Origin: an uncultured Gemmatimonadaceae bacterium
GTDB taxonomy: Bacteria > Gemmatimonadota > Gemmatimonadetes > Gemmatimonadales > Gemmatimonadaceae
Length of the DNA stretch: 64,000 bases
Assembly: GCA_963790305.1 (NCBI GenBank)
Contig: CAWBOC010000010.1
Coordinates: forward strand, 1-64,000
Direction of reading: 5' to 3'
Position 1 is the stretch's first letter, and each line of letters opens with the position of its first letter. Both the position numbers and the translations under genes were made by a program. Below, piece after piece: positions 60,130-64,000 of the stretch. The notes under the pieces are model-generated. The model worked only from the letters and a program-made list of their open reading frames with translations, was not told the DNA's origin and ran no database searches.

Positions 60130-61155
60130 ATGTACAGCACCTGCCTCTTCTGCCACTCGTCGCTCGGCGCCAACGAGGCGATCGAGCATTTTCCCGTCGG
60201 CCGCCGGCTCGCGTTCGATGCGACGAAGGGCCGCCTGTGGGTGGTCTGCCGCACCTGCGAGCGCTGGAACCTCTCGCCGCTCGACGAGCGGTGGGAGGCG
60301 ATCGAGGAATGCGAGCGCGGGTTCGAGGGGACGCGCATGCGCGCGTCGACCGACAACATTGGCCTCGCGAAGTTGAAGGAGGGGCTCGAGCTCGTTAGGA
60401 TCGGGCCCGCGCTGCGGCCGGAGTTCGCGGCGTGGCGATATGGGGACCAGTTTGGCCGTCGCCGCCGACGGACGATCCTCCGGGCGGGGCTGGGCTTGGG
60501 CGCGCTCGGCGCCGTCGCCGCCGGTGGGATGGCCGCAGGTGTCGGTATTGGAGGTTTCGGCTGGATGATGGTCCAGTACGCGCGCTTCATCATCGACGGG
60601 AATCCGCGAACCGTCGTCGGCGAGGTGCTGGGCCCCGACGGAAAGCCTGTCGCCGTCCGTCGCCTGCACCTGAAGCACACGCGCTGGCAGATCGACCCAA
60701 CCAGCGGCGAGCACCGCCTCGCCATCGGGTTCAAGCGCGCCGGTACCATCACACTCGTCGGGGAGGAGGCACGCCGAAAAGCGGGCATCCTCGTCGTTCA
60801 CGCCAACCGGCGTGGCGGCACGCGGTCCGAAGTGCAGAGCGCCGTGGACCACGTACAGGAGGCGGGCAGTGCGGAGGCCCTCGTCACGCAAATGGCCACG
60901 ACGAACCAACCGCTCCCCGTGTGGCGGAAGGAGAGTCAGGTGCGGAAGGTCGACGCGTTCGGCATGAGTCGCGAGCGACGCCTGGCCTTCGAGATGGCCC
61001 TTCACGAAGAGCAGGAGCGCCGCGCCCTTCAGGGCGAGCTGCTCGCCCTCGAGCAGGCGTGGCGGGAGGCCGAGGACATCGCAAAGATCGCCGACAACCT
61101 CCTCGTGCCCAAGTCCGACGAAGAATGGCTGCGCAAGCACCGCGGGGAGGAGTGA
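60130..61155 (+). CDS. Hypothetical membrane protein with N-terminal CxxC...CxxC
   Basis: MYSTCLFC...VVCRTCERWNL; central Gly-rich hydrophobic segment; C-terminal coiled coil. Confidence 0.8.
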   Translation: MYSTCLFCHSSLGANEAIEHFPVGRRLAFDATKGRLWVVCRTCERWNLSPLDERWEAIEECERGFEGTRMRASTDNIGLAKLKEGLELVRIGPALRPEFAAWRYGDQFGRRRRRTILRAGLGLGALGAVAAGGMAAGVGIGGFGWMMVQYARFIIDGNPRTVVGEVLGPDGKPVAVRRLHLKHTRWQIDPTSGEHRLAIGFKRAGTITLVGEEARRKAGILVVHANRRGGTRSEVQSAVDHVQEAGSAEALVTQMATTNQPLPVWRKESQVRKVDAFGMSRERRLAFEMALHEEQERRALQGELLALEQAWREAEDIAKIADNLLVPKSDEEWLRKHRGEE

Positions 61156-61553
61156 GCCGCGCCGCGATCTGCCTAACGCTGGCGGTCCTCATCGGCGCCT
61201 GTCGGGACGAGGACGCTCGGGCGCGTGCCCCACGCTCGGACACCGTGGCGCCAATCGGCACCGGGACCGAGCTCCTGCTCACTCGCGAGCGTCTCGCGCT
61301 GATCGAAGAGTGGATTCACGCCTCGATCGCGCGAGATGGAGAAGCGCCCACCTCGCTCGACGACGTGCGCCCCCCTGAGGCCGACGCGGCCCGCTACGCC
61401 CCGCTCGAACGGTTCCTGCGCGATGGGTGGGGGAGAGCGATCGAGTACGACTACATGCCTGCGACGCGATCCTTCGAGCTGCGCTCTCCAGGGGAGGACG
61501 GAGCGGTCGGGACAGCGGATGACGTATCGAGGGTGTCGAGGTCGTCGAGGTGA
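61152..61553 (+). CDS. Lipoprotein with GspG/T2SSG-like C-terminal motif
   Basis: LIGAC lipobox; DGWGR...Y...LRSPGEDG..GTADD; 4-bp overlap with the upstream gene. Confidence 0.72.
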   Translation: MSRAAICLTLAVLIGACRDEDARARAPRSDTVAPIGTGTELLLTRERLALIEEWIHASIARDGEAPTSLDDVRPPEADAARYAPLERFLRDGWGRAIEYDYMPATRSFELRSPGEDGAVGTADDVSRVSRSSR

Positions 61554-61614
61554 TCGAGGCGGCTTCACCCTTGATCACCTCGCCATCCTGGACGACCTCG
61601 ACTACCTCGACCTC
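61527..61614. repeat. Family A palindrome containing both convergent stop codons
   Basis: TGA 61551-61553 (+) and TAG 61604-61602 (-) lie inside the arms. Confidence 0.88.
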
Positions 61615-62159
61615 TTCGGCATCCCCGTGACGCCCCCCGACACAATGAACGCCATCACCGCGGCGCTATCCACCGCCAGCGGCGTCACGCGCTCGCTCGG
61701 CACCAGCAGCAGGTTCCCCGCGAAGTTGTACGATTGGGGGAAGTAGACGGCGACGTGCTCTTCGATCCCCAGCTGGTCGAGCGCCCGCATCGTCACGAAG
61801 CCGAGCGCTTTCGCCCCGCCGTCGGCGGTCACCGCGACGACCACCGGACTGTCGAAGCGTCGCTTTTCTCCAACGAACGCGTCGAGGAGATCCTTGGTCG
61901 ACGTGTACAGGAGCCTGATGAAGGGCAGCTTCGTCATCAGCCGCTCGAGGAGGGACACCAAGCTGATCGCGAGCAGGTTGGACGCGAGAAAGCCGACCAG
62001 CGTGATCACCACCAGCGTCAGCACGAACCCAAGTCCCGGAATGGGCAGGCCCAGGAGCCCGTCGATGCTGCGGAAGATCCACACGCAGACGTATACCGTA
62101 ATCGCCACCGGCGCGATCACGACGAGACCGCGAAGGAAATACTGGGCGAAGCGTTTCAT
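61602..62159 (-). CDS. DUF502 membrane protein
   Basis: FLRGL...P..IT, LP.IR.LY...K, GFVT, VYFPQSYNFAG, FIVSGG. Confidence 0.9.
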   Translation of the reverse strand: MKRFAQYFLRGLVVIAPVAITVYVCVWIFRSIDGLLGLPIPGLGFVLTLVVITLVGFLASNLLAISLVSLLERLMTKLPFIRLLYTSTKDLLDAFVGEKRRFDSPVVVAVTADGGAKALGFVTMRALDQLGIEEHVAVYFPQSYNFAGNLLLVPSERVTPLAVDSAAVMAFIVSGGVTGMPKRSR

Positions 62160-62331
62160 GGATGCCTGACGATGGGAGGTAATGAGGGTCGAAGAGGGGA
62201 TGACCTGGACCCGTCTTGTCAGCGACCGTGTCAACGGTAAGTTAGGGCTCCCGGACCTCCGGGATAGCTGAGCCTGGACCCTAGCCAGGCAGCTGGTCCT
62301 GCGCCTGGGCCCTCAACCACAGGAGTTGCCG

Positions 62332-63222
62332 ATGCGCCTGTCCTCGTTCCTCTCGGTTACATGCGGGCTCTTGGTGTTGGCGTCGTGCTATGAGAAGGAC
62401 CTGGAGGGACCAGAGCCAGTGAGCGTTTTCTCGATCGCCACGTCGGTACCGACGATGACACTGCGTCCCGACAGCGTGACGAGCTTTACCGTGGCAGTGC
62501 GAAATGAAACCAGAAACCAGGCGGTGTCGGCCATCGGTTCCTTCGCGGAGAGCGACGCGCCGTCCATTGTGAGAGTGGAGACGACGACGCGGCCCGACAG
62601 CTTCAAGGTCACCGCGGTCGATGGCGGAACGGCCCGGATCATCGTCGGATACACCGGCACCACGGGAAGCGCCCGGGATACGATCCTGGTGACCGCCACC
62701 CCGCGCCCCGTCGCCACCGTTTCACTGACACCAGACTCCACGGGCGTTTTCGTCGGAGCGACGACGACACTGCGCGCGGCATTGCTCGACGCGGCCGGTG
62801 ACACGATCCGTCAGCGCACAGCCACGTTCAGCAGTGTCGACACCACGCTCGCGACCGTCAGCGCAACCGGGGTCGTCACAGGGGTCCGCGTCGGACGGGC
62901 GAGGATCGTCGCCGCGCGCGAGGGAAGAGCAGATACGTCGACGGTCACGGTCACGCTTCGGCCGGTGAACACCGTCACCGTCGCTCCGGCTGATACGACC
63001 GTGCGCGTGGGCAATACCGTGCAGCTCACGGCGACGCTCCGTGCCGCGAACAACGCGGTGCTTACCGGCCGAACGGTCACCTGGGCCAGCTCGGATACCA
63101 CGATCGCCCGAGTGAATGGAAGCGGGCTCGTGACGGGAGTCGCGGCCAACGCTCAGTTCGTCACGATCACGGCGACGTCGGAAGGAAGGAGCGGAAACGG
63201 GCGAGTGATCGTCGTGCCGTAA
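62332..63222 (+). CDS. Lipoprotein with tandem bacterial Ig-like (Big_2) domains
   Basis: AGGAG RBS; LASC lipobox; TWASSDTTIA.V...G.VTGV repeats. Confidence 0.88.
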   Translation: MRLSSFLSVTCGLLVLASCYEKDLEGPEPVSVFSIATSVPTMTLRPDSVTSFTVAVRNETRNQAVSAIGSFAESDAPSIVRVETTTRPDSFKVTAVDGGTARIIVGYTGTTGSARDTILVTATPRPVATVSLTPDSTGVFVGATTTLRAALLDAAGDTIRQRTATFSSVDTTLATVSATGVVTGVRVGRARIVAAREGRADTSTVTVTLRPVNTVTVAPADTTVRVGNTVQLTATLRAANNAVLTGRTVTWASSDTTIARVNGSGLVTGVAANAQFVTITATSEGRSGNGRVIVVP

Positions 63223-63223
63223 G

Positions 63224-63278
63224 AGCGATTGCCGACTGCGGATTGCGGATCGGGCTGTAGCTCGATCCGCAATTCGCT
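63224..63278. repeat. Family B-like palindrome (ATTGCGG/CCGCAAT)
   Basis: GCGATTGCCGACTGCGGATTGCGGATCG...CGATCCGCAATTCGC between convergent stops. Confidence 0.75.
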
Positions 63279-64000
63279 ATTTGACTTCGATCGGCACCCA
63301 CGCTTCACGATCGTCCCACCGCAGTCGAAGCACTGCGCCCGGCTCCTTTGGCTCCAGGCTGATCGTGAATTGCTCTTCCGTCGTTTCGGGCGCCTCGTCG
63401 TGCATCTCGACGCGGGCGATGTCCTGAGCGGAATCGTAGATGGTGCCCCACTGGCCCGTCTGCTTGTTGACGATGAGCGTCCAGCCCTCGGGCTTCGGAA
63501 TCGTCCACAGCGTGTAGGTTCCCGCGGGGACGGCGGCGCCACCGATCACAAGGTTCTTGTCGGTGTGAAAATGCGTTGCTTCGTTCGCACCGGTACGCCA
63601 GACCTCGCCCCAGGGAACGATCCCGCCGAAGACGACACGGCTGCGCTTCACGGGGCGAGAGTACGTGACGGTGAAATTCGCGCCAGCGATGTTCGTCCGC
63701 AGAGTGTCCCGTGGCGACAGCTGCGGAATCGCCGTCATCATCGCGATGGGCGTGAGATCCGTCATCGCCCCGCGCGTCACCACGACCTTGAAGGTCGAGC
63801 CAAGGGCGTGGGCACCCTGGATGCGGCCGGCCGCGTCGACGCGCGCATACATTGTTCCGAAAGGCGCAACGATCTTCATCGTATCGGCGTTGACGCGAAC
63901 GACGCTGACGACGTCGGTGCGCTGAGCACCGACCGCCCAGGTGGGGATCTGCAGGCTATCCACTCCGGAACGGGCGAGGTGGCGCGTGAGGATTCCGTAC
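63277..64000 (-). CDS. DUF2911 domain protein (5' end beyond window)
   Basis: SPRD, YSRP, FG..VPWG.VWRTGANEAT, AGTY.LWTIP, QWG..YD. Confidence 0.9.
   Translation of the reverse strand, partial: YGILTRHLARSGVDSLQIPTWAVGAQRTDVVSVVRVNADTMKIVAPFGTMYARVDAAGRIQGAHALGSTFKVVVTRGAMTDLTPIAMMTAIPQLSPRDTLRTNIAGANFTVTYSRPVKRSRVVFGGIVPWGEVWRTGANEATHFHTDKNLVIGGAAVPAGTYTLWTIPKPEGWTLIVNKQTGQWGTIYDSAQDIARVEMHDEAPETTEEQFTISLEPKEPGAVLRLRWDDREAWVPIEVK

Noticed and set aside
76..61178. Integron attC sites suggested by GCCTAAC/GTTAGGC motifs
   Set aside because: Motifs are inside genes and are not paired as RYYYAAC...GTTRRRY within 60-140 bp after stop codons; no integron integrase in the window.
8732..61614. CRISPR array interpretation of the repeated intergenic sequences
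   Set aside because: Units are 7-9 nt, tandem and inverted, with no unique ~30-nt spacers and no cas genes.
1..64000. tRNA, rRNA, prophage or reverse-transcriptase genes
   Set aside because: No cloverleaf/T-loop signatures, phage genes or RT motifs recognised by eye.

Overview
GC-rich (roughly 68% by eye) bacterial DNA whose gene content (many lipoproteins, DUF5916 and Ig-like/LVIVD proteins, secreted hydrolases) suggests a Gemmatimonadota-like organism; the taxonomy is inference. The window opens with a frameshifted IS3-family element, then metK with a leader that folds as a SAM-II/SAM-V-type pseudoknot coupled to an intrinsic terminator. About 50 mostly envelope, metabolic and regulatory genes follow: a Mo-oxidoreductase/cytochrome b pair, RND efflux operon, patatin, several hydrolases including NamZ and a D-aminoacylase, a two-component system, cyclic beta-1,2-glucan synthase, sufE/CDGSH, a TetR-HlyD-ABC operon and osmC. 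Three signals are not explained by the gene list. (1) About 27 palindromes or half-palindromes at gene junctions, built from 7-9 nt tandem units in seven sequence families; they often supply start or stop codons. (2) A non-palindromic heptamer, CGTTAGG(Y), counted 25 times inside genes on both strands, often using rare codons. (3) The terminator-coupled SAM-II-like riboswitch. Many single-base frameshifts suggest an unpolished long-read assembly, so pseudogene and fusion calls are tentative. No tRNA, rRNA, CRISPR array or integron was found.
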